In this document: piece after piece, positions 10,324-19,163 of the stretch | Layout: the number at the start of each line of letters is the position of its first letter | Position numbering within the stretch: the stretch's first letter is position 1 | Assembly (NCBI GenBank): GCA_039799905.1 | Contig: JBDLRP010000044.1 | Span: 1 to 37,984, forward strand | Direction of reading: 5' to 3' | From: Pseudomonadota bacterium | GTDB lineage: Bacteria; Bdellovibrionota_B; Oligoflexia; Silvanigrellales; Silvanigrellaceae | DNA length: 37,984 bases | Program-made: the position numbers and the translations under genes | Notes under the pieces: model-generated | Seen by the model: the letters and a program-made list of their open reading frames with translations, nothing else | The model's database searches: none | Told to the model about the DNA's origin: nothing

Positions 10324-11515
10324 TGAATGTTGCGCAGACTGTCAACAACCCCAAAATAAACAGGTTCAATAAATAGGCCTGCTCCTGCAGTTGTCGGACC
10401 CACCACAACTGCACTGCCAGCGCTGCAAATGCTGACACAGCCAGTGCTGTAAACACAGACTTTTGCCGGTTCAAATACTGGCAGAGCACAACCGTCGGAG
10501 CGGCAAGATTCAGCGCCCAATGAGCAAGAATCAACATTTGTGACATGGGGATGACCGCGGCGGTTGAGCGCGGAAAAAACCAACCGACGATACCGAGGCT
10601 TCCTGCGACCCAAAGTCCTGCCGACATCAGTGCGAGAATCAACAGGGTGCGCGAGGCATATCGGCGATAATTCTTGAGGCGTTCTGTTGTCTCGAGTGTG
10701 CTCCAGAGGGTCAGGTTTGTGCCCACCATTTGCACAAGTGTTTGAAATGCAAGCACGGCCGGAGTCGCCAGCGCAATACTTGTATTGAGTTCTGTCAGTC
10801 GATTTTCACCCACGGAGCGGACAAGCAACGAGTGTGAGACGATGCCGTGTACCGTGGTGACACTCATGACTAGTGCGGCAACAGCGCTGCCGTTCAAAAA
10901 ACTTCTGCCGTCGGAGCCGAGATTCTTAAAGACGTTTGAGGTTATTTTGAAATTTTCGGAAGACTGCGAAATATGCTGGCGAAGAATCAAAAACCAACTC
11001 AAAGCCCCAATCACTGTAAACGTCAGAGTGGAACTAATTGCGACCCAGATTTCGCCATGCGACGGTGCCGCAGCTGCAGCTGCGAGAAAAACAAACATGG
11101 CCATAAGCCGAGCAACTCGCACAGCAATCGCTTTGTTGAATTCATGGCGCGCAAAAAAAATCGAATCAGCTGTGCTGATGAGGGCAAAAGGAATGAAAGC
11201 AAGTTGATAGCACAGGAAGGCGGCAAGCATGTTTTGCGTAAAGCCTGCAAACAAGCAATAAGCCACTGCCAGAGCGACTATCAACAAGCCCAGCGCAAGG
11301 CGAGATTGCAGCAGCATAAGACACAACGCCGGTCTGCGCTGGTCATCTGCCAGCTGATACGAGCGAAGAAATTGCGTGTGAGTGCCGAAATCTGAAATCA
11401 GCTGAAAAGTTGTGAACGACAAGATCAACAAAGACAGGCGCGAGAAGACCTCGTCGGACTCGGAAGTGTGTTGCAGAACTTTCAGTCCAACGAAGGTTGC
11501 AAGCCCGCTCAGCAC
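10280..11515 (-). CDS. oligosaccharide flippase-like (Wzx/MOP superfamily) membrane protein
   Basis: About 11-12 hydrophobic segments and an early SDFG motif typical of Wzx-like flippases; the frame is open upstream to 11578, so the start is uncertain. Confidence 0.65.
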   Translation of the reverse strand: MLSGLATFVGLKVLQHTSESDEVFSRLSLLILSFTTFQLISDFGTHTQFLRSYQLADDQRRPALCLMLLQSRLALGLLIVALAVAYCLFAGFTQNMLAAFLCYQLAFIPFALISTADSIFFARHEFNKAIAVRVARLMAMFVFLAAAAAAPSHGEIWVAISSTLTFTVIGALSWFLILRQHISQSSENFKITSNVFKNLGSDGRSFLNGSAVAALVMSVTTVHGIVSHSLLVRSVGENRLTELNTSIALATPAVLAFQTLVQMVGTNLTLWSTLETTERLKNYRRYASRTLLILALMSAGLWVAGSLGIVGWFFPRSTAAVIPMSQMLILAHWALNLAAPTVVLCQYLNRQKSVFTALAVSAFAALAVQLWWVRQLQEQAYLLNLFILGLLTVCATFIISIRARPASRASS

Positions 11516-11598
11516 AGATAGTCCGTACTGAAGGGCGGCTCCGGTGATTTTTTGTGAGCGGTTGGCAGGTTTCAGAGTTCACCCGAGTTTGCTTTGAA

Positions 11599-12435
11599 TC
11601 AGTTTTTGAGATTCAGCGCGAGCGAGAAGTTGAGTGTGTGAATCTGATTGTCCGTGTAGCCGTCCGAGCCACGCTTGGCACTCTTGCTCGTGCCTTTTCC
11701 GCCGCCACCGATATAGCGGGTCACGAAAGCGGCATCTAGCCACGAAACAACGGGGAATCCCAATTTGAGAGCAACGTCATGGAATGAACCTTCGACGTCT
11801 GATGTGCCGCCGTTGAGATATTTGACCGGAACATAGATCGTGTCGACGTCCGTTCCCCACCAGACACCGTCTTCAAGCTGAGTGCGTGTTTGGAATTTGA
11901 AGATCGGCACCGGCCCGACGTTGCGGTTGCTGCGGTGCTGCTTGCCGTCGACGCTGGTGAATTCGATGCGCGCATTGCGCAGCTGAAGGCTCGCGCCGAG
12001 TGCGATTTTTGTTGTTTCATTGGACCACGTGTCGCGCAGCCAGCTGAAACGGTAAAATGGGAATGAATATTTGAAATCAACCGGTGTGCCGGCGGCAAAT
12101 GTGACGTCATCCACCTTGAGGTCATCGTAGACAACAACGCGCGTGTTGATTTCGAGCGGCTGATACAAAAAGACGAAGCGATCTTTTTCACTGGTGCGCA
12201 GCGTGACGTCGGCGCGGGCAAAGGGGAAGAGAATGTCCTGACCGCCGTTTTTAACGTAATCGAATTTGGTTCCGTTGGTCGAATTTTGGATCTTGTGTGA
12301 CATGACGGCGGAGTAGCCGAGCTCGACAGTCCCAACAGTTTCGGGTGCTTTGGCCAGAGCATGCAAGGGCAGTGTGCTGGTGGCAATCACGGAAGCCGAT
12401 GACAAAAGTAGTCTCGCGAATGTCTGATTCTTCAT
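11599..12435 (-). CDS. secreted protein, probable outer-membrane beta-barrel
   Basis: Signal peptide ending ALA; alternating amphipathic beta-strand pattern throughout; GGAG RBS. Confidence 0.65.
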   Translation of the reverse strand: MKNQTFARLLLSSASVIATSTLPLHALAKAPETVGTVELGYSAVMSHKIQNSTNGTKFDYVKNGGQDILFPFARADVTLRTSEKDRFVFLYQPLEINTRVVVYDDLKVDDVTFAAGTPVDFKYSFPFYRFSWLRDTWSNETTKIALGASLQLRNARIEFTSVDGKQHRSNRNVGPVPIFKFQTRTQLEDGVWWGTDVDTIYVPVKYLNGGTSDVEGSFHDVALKLGFPVVSWLDAAFVTRYIGGGGKGTSKSAKRGSDGYTDNQIHTLNFSLALNLKN

Positions 12436-12519
12436 CTCGACGTCTCCAAATAAAAAATTGCTTGTTTTCGGTGGTTACAGCTCACTTCGTACCTTATTCA
12501 CAGCCACACTGCAATGCGC

Positions 12520-12540
12520 TATTGAAAATGATTCTCAATA
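12520..12540. promoter_or_regulatory. Fur-box-like palindrome
   Basis: TATTGAAAATGATTCTCAATA, near-perfect inverted repeat matching the TGAnAATnATTnTCA Fur-family pattern, 39 bp upstream of feoA. Confidence 0.8.
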
Positions 12541-12579
12541 CCGATAAGCCTATCAGTGGTTCTGGAATAGGGGCGGAGA

Positions 12580-12843
12580 ATGACGGTTAAAACGCTGAAG
12601 TCAGCCAGAAAAGGCGATGTCTGTCGGGTTGTCGATGTGGTCTCGGGGCATCCCCTTTCGGAGCGGCTGCTGGAGTTGGGCGTTCAGTCCGGCGAACTCG
12701 TGAGGATCGTGCATGAGGCACCTTTTTCGGGAGACCCGATTGTTGTTGATGTCTGCGGCACCCGCCTCGCGCTGCGCCGCAGTGAAGCCGAGCTGATTTT
12801 CGTTTCCGAGATGACATCGTCGGGTAAGGATTCCAACTCATGA
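12580..12843 (+). CDS. feoA: ferrous iron transport protein A
   Basis: RLLELGV, APFSGDPI, RLALRRSEA; ATGA overlap with feoB. Confidence 0.93.
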   Translation: MTVKTLKSARKGDVCRVVDVVSGHPLSERLLELGVQSGELVRIVHEAPFSGDPIVVDVCGTRLALRRSEAELIFVSEMTSSGKDSNS

Positions 12844-14705
12844 ACGTTGAAACCATTCCATTGGTAGGCCTTGTTGGTCATCCCAACTGCGGCAAGACAG
12901 CACTCTTCAATGCGCTGACGGGCTTACGGCAAAAGGTTGCCAATTATCCGGGTGTGACGGTTGAGCGGGTGGAATCAGATTTGCGCGTAGATTTGGGTCA
13001 CCGTCTACGGGTGTTGGATTTGCCCGGAGCTTACAGCTTGAATCCCCAGAGTGAAGACGAGCGGGTGACCCACGACGTTCTCACGGACGACTCCGCCAGC
13101 GAAAATCGTCCGGATGCTCTGGTTGTCGTTTTGGATGCAACCAATTTGCGCCTTCATTTGCCTTTTGCCTTAGAAGTTTTGCAGCTGGGATATCCTGCGT
13201 GTGTGGCACTCAACATGATGGATCTGGCTGCGTCCTCGGGAATGCAGATCAACATCCGCGCATTGCAGGACGCTCTTGGTTGCGTGGTCGTGCCGACATC
13301 AGCCACCCGGCAGGACGGTTTGCAGTCTTTGGCTCAGGCTGCGGCCGATTCGGCGCGCGGGCAAAAGTCAGACGCTTCTGTTCAATGGAAACCCTCCACC
13401 CGCGACGAGATCATTGCTCGCCGTGGGAAGGTCGACGACATACTGCGCAGGGTGATCGAAAATCCGGGGAATCCTTCAGCGCTGACGGCAAAAATCGACG
13501 GTCTCACTTTGCATCCTGTCTTTGGACCGCTGCTGCTTCTTGCCGTGATTGTCGCAATCTTTCAGGCCGTTTTTGCACTTGGTTCGATTCCCGCAGACGC
13601 CATTGACTCCGCAATTGGTGCGCTTGCAGAATTTGTAAAGGTTCAGCTGCCGGAGAGCCTACTCACCAGTTTGCTTGTCGATGGAATTATTGCGGGCGTG
13701 GGAGCGGTGTTGGTTTTTCTGCCGCAGATCATCATTCTATTTGCCGCACTGCTGTTTCTCGAAGACCTTGGTTATATGACGCGGGCCGCGTTTATGCTCG
13801 ACCGGCTGATGGGCAGGGTTGGGCTTTCCGGACGTTCGGTTTTGCCACTGGTGTCTGGCTTCGCCTGTGCGGTTCCGGCAATCATGGGCTCGCGTAGCAT
13901 CCAGAGCAAGCCGCAGCGGCTCGCAACCATCCTGCTGACTCCGCTGATGACGTGTTCCGCGCGCTTGCCTGTGTATACCTTGCTGATTGCTGCCTTCATC
14001 CCCGATCAGAAAATTTTCGCCTTCGTGAATCTTCAGGGTTTGGTGCTTACGGCACTTTATTTGGCCGGAGCCATCAGCGCACTGCTGTTTGCCTACCTCC
14101 TCAAATCATTCAATCTGATTGGCAGCAGCGGTTATTTTTTACTCGAACTTCCCACCTACCGCGTGCCCTCCTTGCGTACCGTTTTGCGCGGATTGTACGA
14201 GCGCGCGCGGCAATTCCTCGTTCGTGCTGGAACTCTGATTCTCTCGATCATGGTTCTTTTGTGGGCTATTTCGACGTTCCCGCGCCCTCCTGAAGGTGCG
14301 ACGGATTCTCCCATCCGCTACAGCGTGGCGGGCAAACTCGGCCAATTCATCGCCCCTGTGCTCGAGCCTGTTGGGTTTGACTGGAAAATTTCGGTAGCGA
14401 TGATCCCTGGTTTTGCTGCACGCGAGGTTTTGGTGAGCGCGTTGGGGACGGTGTACGCGGTTGAGTCTTCCGACTCGGAGGACAATTCGGCTCTGGCAGA
14501 AAGGTTGAAGGCCGACTGGACTTTGCCGACCGCACTTGCTCTGCTCGCGTGGTATATTTTCGCCCCGCAGTGTTTGGCAACATTTGCTGTGATGCAGCGT
14601 GAAACCAGGTCATGGCGTCTGACTCTTTTGAGTTTTACTGTGCTTCTTGCGGCTGGCTGGCTCGCTGCGTTTTTCACTTTTCGGATTGCGTCAGCATTGC
14701 TGTAA
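12840..14705 (+). CDS. feoB: ferrous iron transport protein B
   Basis: G1 GHPNCGKT, NYPGVTVE, DLPGAYSL, NMMD; membrane domain with FLPQI, GFACAVPAIM, TCSARLPVY, PQC. Confidence 0.96.
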   Translation: MNVETIPLVGLVGHPNCGKTALFNALTGLRQKVANYPGVTVERVESDLRVDLGHRLRVLDLPGAYSLNPQSEDERVTHDVLTDDSASENRPDALVVVLDATNLRLHLPFALEVLQLGYPACVALNMMDLAASSGMQINIRALQDALGCVVVPTSATRQDGLQSLAQAAADSARGQKSDASVQWKPSTRDEIIARRGKVDDILRRVIENPGNPSALTAKIDGLTLHPVFGPLLLLAVIVAIFQAVFALGSIPADAIDSAIGALAEFVKVQLPESLLTSLLVDGIIAGVGAVLVFLPQIIILFAALLFLEDLGYMTRAAFMLDRLMGRVGLSGRSVLPLVSGFACAVPAIMGSRSIQSKPQRLATILLTPLMTCSARLPVYTLLIAAFIPDQKIFAFVNLQGLVLTALYLAGAISALLFAYLLKSFNLIGSSGYFLLELPTYRVPSLRTVLRGLYERARQFLVRAGTLILSIMVLLWAISTFPRPPEGATDSPIRYSVAGKLGQFIAPVLEPVGFDWKISVAMIPGFAAREVLVSALGTVYAVESSDSEDNSALAERLKADWTLPTALALLAWYIFAPQCLATFAVMQRETRSWRLTLLSFTVLLAAGWLAAFFTFRIASALL

Positions 14706-14723
14706 TCTGCTGCGGGGTGAGGT

Positions 14724-14894
14724 GTGAATTTTTTGGATTTGCTCGTATTTCCAATTGTGGCCATTGCAGCTCTTGTTGTTGTGCGTAAGCTGGTTCAGCA
14801 GAATCCGCACAAAGGATGCAACGGATGTTCAATATCTTCGACCCCCAAAAAAACAACGTCGTCATCAGTGAGTCGATACACTCGGCCGACATGA
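14724..14894 (+). CDS. FeoB-associated Cys-containing small membrane protein (56 aa)
   Basis: Manual translation from GTG: MNFLDLLVFPIVAIAALVVVRKLVQQNPHKGCNGCSISSTPKKTTSSSVSRYTRPT; one TM helix plus GCxGC; stop overlaps the next ATG (ATGA); below the ORF-track length cutoff. Confidence 0.75.
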   Translation: MNFLDLLVFPIVAIAALVVVRKLVQQNPHKGCNGCSISSTPKKTTSSSVSRYTRPT

Positions 14895-15766
14895 GCCTTC
14901 ATCAGCGCTCGAGATTCGCTGATGAGGTCAATGCCTGGCTCAATAAAATATGCTCCGGACGCACCTCCGATCTTGGACTTCACGCTGAAACCTACAAAGA
15001 AGATTTTGAACTTGAGAGACTTCCCGAAGAGTGGGGGGCTTATCCTTCTCTGGATGCAAATGATGTGCGTGCCAAGCTTTACAGCGATTCGGGCATCGCA
15101 TTTGCGTGGCGTTTTGGGGCGATTGTGTTTGTCGAGGTTCCCAAAGAACAGCGCCATCGTGAGGTGGAAGCTCTCCGCAAGTCATTGGGGCTATCGCTCA
15201 AGGAGCCGCGCGTCACGGCCGAGAAATTTTTTATTTTCGTGGATAAAACACGCAGCGCCCAGGTTGAGTACAATCGTCTTGTTTTGCCAAATATCAATCA
15301 GGAACGCCTTGGCGCGGTCGCTCAGACCCTCGCTCAGAGTGTGGCAATGGAATACTATGAGTTGGTTGTCACTCAGGCCAAGCTGCATGTGCTGACGATG
15401 CTCGACCGTGTGCGTCGCAAAGGACGCATTGCTATTCCAGCAATGAAGCTCAACAGCCAGATTGCCGATGCCTCTATGGCGCAGGCAGAGGTGGTGGGAG
15501 TTCTGCATTTGCTCGACAAGCCGGATATCCTCTGGAACGACGCCGAGATGGAGTCTATTTATGTCGACTTGCGCAATGCATTTGACCTCGAAGAACGCTT
15601 CAAGGCCATCGAGTACAAAATAGAGACGATCAAAGAAACTCTGCGAATTATTCTCGAAGCGCGCAACAGTTCACTCGCCCAGCGTCTTGAAATTGTCATC
15701 ATCCTGCTTGTCGGGATAGAAGTGATGTTTTCCCTCTTCGAACGCTTTCACTTGTTCGGTTGGTGA
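14891..15766 (+). CDS. RMD1/DUF155 (YagE-like) family protein
   Basis: FGAIVF, LAQSVAMEYYE, LLDKPDILW, FDLEERF, RLEIVIILL C-terminal TM; start moved to ATG 14891 because of the ATGA coupling. Confidence 0.85.
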   Translation: MSLHQRSRFADEVNAWLNKICSGRTSDLGLHAETYKEDFELERLPEEWGAYPSLDANDVRAKLYSDSGIAFAWRFGAIVFVEVPKEQRHREVEALRKSLGLSLKEPRVTAEKFFIFVDKTRSAQVEYNRLVLPNINQERLGAVAQTLAQSVAMEYYELVVTQAKLHVLTMLDRVRRKGRIAIPAMKLNSQIADASMAQAEVVGVLHLLDKPDILWNDAEMESIYVDLRNAFDLEERFKAIEYKIETIKETLRIILEARNSSLAQRLEIVIILLVGIEVMFSLFERFHLFGW

Positions 15767-16886
15767 TAGCTCGGACAATTTTTGTTGCCGCGCCACCCTC
15801 CGCGGCCGGCAGGGCCGAATTTTCCCCAAGTGAATTTCGTGACCGTGATTGCTGCAGATAGCGGTCTATCTGGGCGATAACCAGTTCACAGCCTTGCGGA
15901 GCCACACTTGCCAGTCCCGAGCTGATGAGATCCGCACGCAGGGTTTGCTCTCTGAGCAGAATTCCCATCGTGCCGAACGCAACACTCTCCTCGAGTGTGT
16001 CCTCGCTGTCGGTAATCACAAGGCTAGCCTTCAGAAGGAGCGCACAGCGCTGCAAATGGCGGAGGTGAGAGATCTTGCAGGTGGCTTGATAGGCCTTGTC
16101 GGATTCAATCCTCTCCAAAAGCGTTTTGTTTTGAATATGCAGAACCGGAACCGGAAAGTTTCGGCTGACCGCGTAATAGGGCAAAACCTCGGCGAGGATG
16201 GCCAGTGATTTTTCAGACTCAATTTCAACGTAGAAAAACTGCCCGTGTAAAATGCGGTCGCCCAGTGTCGAAAATCCATTGATGAAAAGTTCTGCGACAA
16301 AGGATTGCGAGTTGAGTTGTCGCCTTATCTGACTTGCAGAATCGCCCAGTGTGCTTCCGACGGAAAAAATATTTTCCTCGCTGATTCCCTCATGCAGGAG
16401 GATTTTTTTTGCTTCGTTGGAAACGGTGAAGTGCAGCTGCGAGAGTATCGCTATCGACCGGCAGGATTGCTGCGCCTGACGCGGAAGATGTCTGTAAGGA
16501 TGCAGACCGCCGAGGTCATCCAAGTGGGCGATGGAAACGTTGTTTTGAAATGCAGCGACAGCGGCGGCGAAGGTGGCTCCCGAATGGCCAAAGCTAAGAA
16601 GAAAGTCAGTCTGACGCTGTGCCCACAGTTCTGCAAGCAGAACATTTATTTCGCCAAAGTACGTGCCTGAATTCTTTTGAGCACCGTGGATATTCAATAG
16701 AATGTCTGCCCGCAACGAAAGACTGTCGAGGGTTTCATCGACGTCGCTGCGCTGAGTTTTGATAACGACAACCCTGACCCTGCAGTTACGGTCGGCACGC
16801 AGTGCATGAATGACCGGTGCCAGATGCAGTGTTTCGCGTCGGGAACTGAGAACAACATCAACTGTCAAACCAGCAGTCGAATCCAT
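15699..16886 (-). CDS. UDP-N-acetylglucosamine 2-epimerase-like protein with degenerate motifs
   Basis: WecB-like layout (LAPVIHAL, HF, LLHEGI, VGST, VITDS..EE, LRE, GAATKIV) but canonical GTRPE, GDT, HVEAG and DSGG are altered; GGAGG RBS before ATG 16886. Confidence 0.7.
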   Translation of the reverse strand: MDSTAGLTVDVVLSSRRETLHLAPVIHALRADRNCRVRVVVIKTQRSDVDETLDSLSLRADILLNIHGAQKNSGTYFGEINVLLAELWAQRQTDFLLSFGHSGATFAAAVAAFQNNVSIAHLDDLGGLHPYRHLPRQAQQSCRSIAILSQLHFTVSNEAKKILLHEGISEENIFSVGSTLGDSASQIRRQLNSQSFVAELFINGFSTLGDRILHGQFFYVEIESEKSLAILAEVLPYYAVSRNFPVPVLHIQNKTLLERIESDKAYQATCKISHLRHLQRCALLLKASLVITDSEDTLEESVAFGTMGILLREQTLRADLISSGLASVAPQGCELVIAQIDRYLQQSRSRNSLGENSALPAAEGGAATKIVRAITNRTSESVRRGKTSLLSRQAG

Positions 16887-16967
16887 AACACCTCCCTGTC
16901 CGGCAGATGTCAGTAAGGCCGTTGGATGCGATGCTGCAAACAATAAATCTTTGAAGGTCGAAAGCGA

Positions 16968-17861
16968 TCAGTGGCTGCGCGATGAGTTGTTAACCAAATG
17001 CAGCCAATGACACATGTAGATGAAGTTTTTGATGAGCCTGTCACCGTCGCGGGTCGGATGAGGAGTTTCGGGATGACTCTGAACGGAGTAAATCGGCTTG
17101 TCCGGATGCACGAGTGCGTCGACCTCACATTCGGGGCTTGTCATTGCCACTTGCAGCGGCCAACTGGATTTTGGCTTTTTGACCTCCTGCTCGTGCCAAG
17201 TGTGGCTCCAATAATCTTTGGGCCAGAGGTTTTCGATCGTCTTGCGCACGCGCGCGTGGGAAGGGAGTAACGCGCTTTTCGCCTGTCCGCTGGCAAAAGT
17301 TCTGTTCCAGTCTGATTCACTCCAAACTGCGGTCGTGCAGACCGCCTCGCGGAAACCGAGGTCCTTTTTATTGCCCGAGAAATAATCGGCATCAGAGAGT
17401 GTTGCTGTCAGCAGCGCCATTTTGGGCGACGTAACCTGCTTTCCGCGCGGCACCTGATACCGGCGTGTCGGCAGCTCGTGACGATTGTCGATGAAGTCGA
17501 CTCTGGCGTCGTGCATGTCTGCGAGCATTTGGTGTGAAAAGCAGATCCCGAGAAAGGGAAGATTCCTTGCAAACACGTTCTGCACCAGCAAACTTTTCAT
17601 TTCCGGCAGCCACGGCGGATTCTCAGTCACGTTCGCGGTGCTGCCCAAGCCGAAAACTCCGGCGAACTGGTGCTCTTGAAATGCCGTCAAAAGAGGGTCT
17701 TCGGTAGACAACGCAGGGCACTTGATGATGATTGAGCGCAGCGAAAATTCAGGATGCTCGGCCAGCTCGCCGAACAACATGGAAATGCGATTGTACGCGA
17801 CGGTTTCGGGCTCATTTTTTGCCGGATCAACAATGAGAATGTCGAATTTTCTTTTGTTCAC
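16968..17861 (-). CDS. class I glutamine amidotransferase (GMP-synthase-like, stand-alone)
   Basis: Nucleophile elbow PFLGICFSHQML and SVQSHPE (Cys-His-Glu triad); AGGAG before GTG 17861. Confidence 0.82.
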   Translation of the reverse strand: MNKRKFDILIVDPAKNEPETVAYNRISMLFGELAEHPEFSLRSIIIKCPALSTEDPLLTAFQEHQFAGVFGLGSTANVTENPPWLPEMKSLLVQNVFARNLPFLGICFSHQMLADMHDARVDFIDNRHELPTRRYQVPRGKQVTSPKMALLTATLSDADYFSGNKKDLGFREAVCTTAVWSESDWNRTFASGQAKSALLPSHARVRKTIENLWPKDYWSHTWHEQEVKKPKSSWPLQVAMTSPECEVDALVHPDKPIYSVQSHPETPHPTRDGDRLIKNFIYMCHWLHLVNNSSRSH

Positions 17862-18073
17862 GGGCTGACTCCTGTGCCCCCTCCAGGGCTGATACATGCC
17901 TTTTGCTGTCTCACAAATCCGCCTTTTGCGAAAGACTTGCTCTGTAAATTGGAAAACATTCGGGATTTCAATGAAGGCCGCTGCGCTCGCCGTCGGGATT
18001 TTGTTTTAATGACGTCCGACGTCCGACTCCGGCGGGTGCCGGTGCGGGCTGACGCAATAAAAAGGAGACCCTT

Positions 18074-18604
18074 ATGCCAGCAGTTGCAAAAACGCTTGCC
18101 AAGAAAAAGCCAGTCATCGTTCTGCAGCGTACCCGCAATCCGCTTCCGGAATCGCAGCGCTCTGAGGTTGTCCGTGCTCTGCAACCGCTGCAGGCAGGTT
18201 CACTTGAACTTTATCTGCAGATGAAAAATGCCCATTGGAACGTGCGCGGAAATGGATTCAGCGGACTGCACACGCTTTTCGATGACATTGCCAAAGACAC
18301 TGCGGAAATTGCCGACTCCATGGCAGAGAGAGTCGCGATTCTGGGCGGCGAGCCGCTTGCAACAATTCAGAAGCTCGCCGTGGTTCCGCAGTTGGCTGAT
18401 GCGCCGACCGGCATGAAGTCGCAAGACGAATTCGTTAAACTCTGCGCCGACAGGATTGCATATTATGTGCAAATGCTGCGCGATGCGAATGATACATTCG
18501 ACAAGAACAACGATCCTGTTTCACAGGACATTTGTATCAAGGCTGCAGGAGTTTTGGAAAAGCGACTGTGGTTGACGGAGTCGCATATTTTGAATCGTAT
18601 CTAG
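18074..18604 (+). CDS. dps: Dps DNA starvation/stationary-phase protection protein
   Basis: KNAHWNVRG, LHTLFD, DSMAER ferroxidase ligands; Lys-rich N-terminal tail; AAGGAG RBS. Confidence 0.93.
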   Translation: MPAVAKTLAKKKPVIVLQRTRNPLPESQRSEVVRALQPLQAGSLELYLQMKNAHWNVRGNGFSGLHTLFDDIAKDTAEIADSMAERVAILGGEPLATIQKLAVVPQLADAPTGMKSQDEFVKLCADRIAYYVQMLRDANDTFDKNNDPVSQDICIKAAGVLEKRLWLTESHILNRI

Positions 18605-18655
18605 TCGCAAAAGTTTTTGCGCTGCTTCCGGCTCTTTGTTTTGAGTCTACCAAAC

Positions 18656-18706
18656 CGCTCATCAAGGAGCGCGGAAAGAGCACACCGGCGCGCTCCTTGA
18701 TGAGCG
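18656..18706. terminator. 18-bp perfect inverted repeat between convergent genes (bidirectional terminator or REP-like element)
   Basis: CGCTCATCAAGGAGCGCG, 15-nt loop, CGCGCTCCTTGATGAGCG; no U-tract directly adjacent. Confidence 0.55.
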
Positions 18707-18722
18707 CAGACCAAAAAAATTT

Positions 18723-19163
18723 TCAGCGCAAAAGATAGCCGACGCTAATTTTTAAAGTCCCGCCAATATACTCACCTATAACGAGCTCTGCACCAATTCC
18801 TGCATCTACCTTTGATCTGAAGCGATGCATCCAGCCAAACTCACCTGCAGGTTGCACGACAAATGCAGGTTTGAATCCGACAAAAAGTTTCAGCCCTCCG
18901 ACAAACCCGGACATAGATTCGGGCCTTTCCCAGAGTAGCCCGCGCAAAGAGATCAGACTGAGGCCGAAGATTTCGCCGCCGAGGGTGATGTTGTCTGAAA
19001 TGATAGGGCCCGTGTCGGCAGTGATGGCAGCTCCGCCGGCGCGCAGAGTGCCAATCGACAAACCGAATCTTGTGGGGTGTGAAAATCCGCTTGATGAAGC
19101 GGCTGCAAGGTTCGGGGCAGTCAATAGTGTCGCAATCGCCGGATACAGCAAGAGACGTTTCAT
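18723..19163 (-). CDS. small secreted protein, probable beta-barrel
   Basis: Signal peptide MKRLLLYPAIATLLTAPNLAAA; Gly-rich amphipathic strands ending ISVGYLLR; TAATG overlap with the upstream GNAT gene. Confidence 0.65.
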   Translation of the reverse strand: MKRLLLYPAIATLLTAPNLAAASSSGFSHPTRFGLSIGTLRAGGAAITADTGPIISDNITLGGEIFGLSLISLRGLLWERPESMSGFVGGLKLFVGFKPAFVVQPAGEFGWMHRFRSKVDAGIGAELVIGEYIGGTLKISVGYLLR

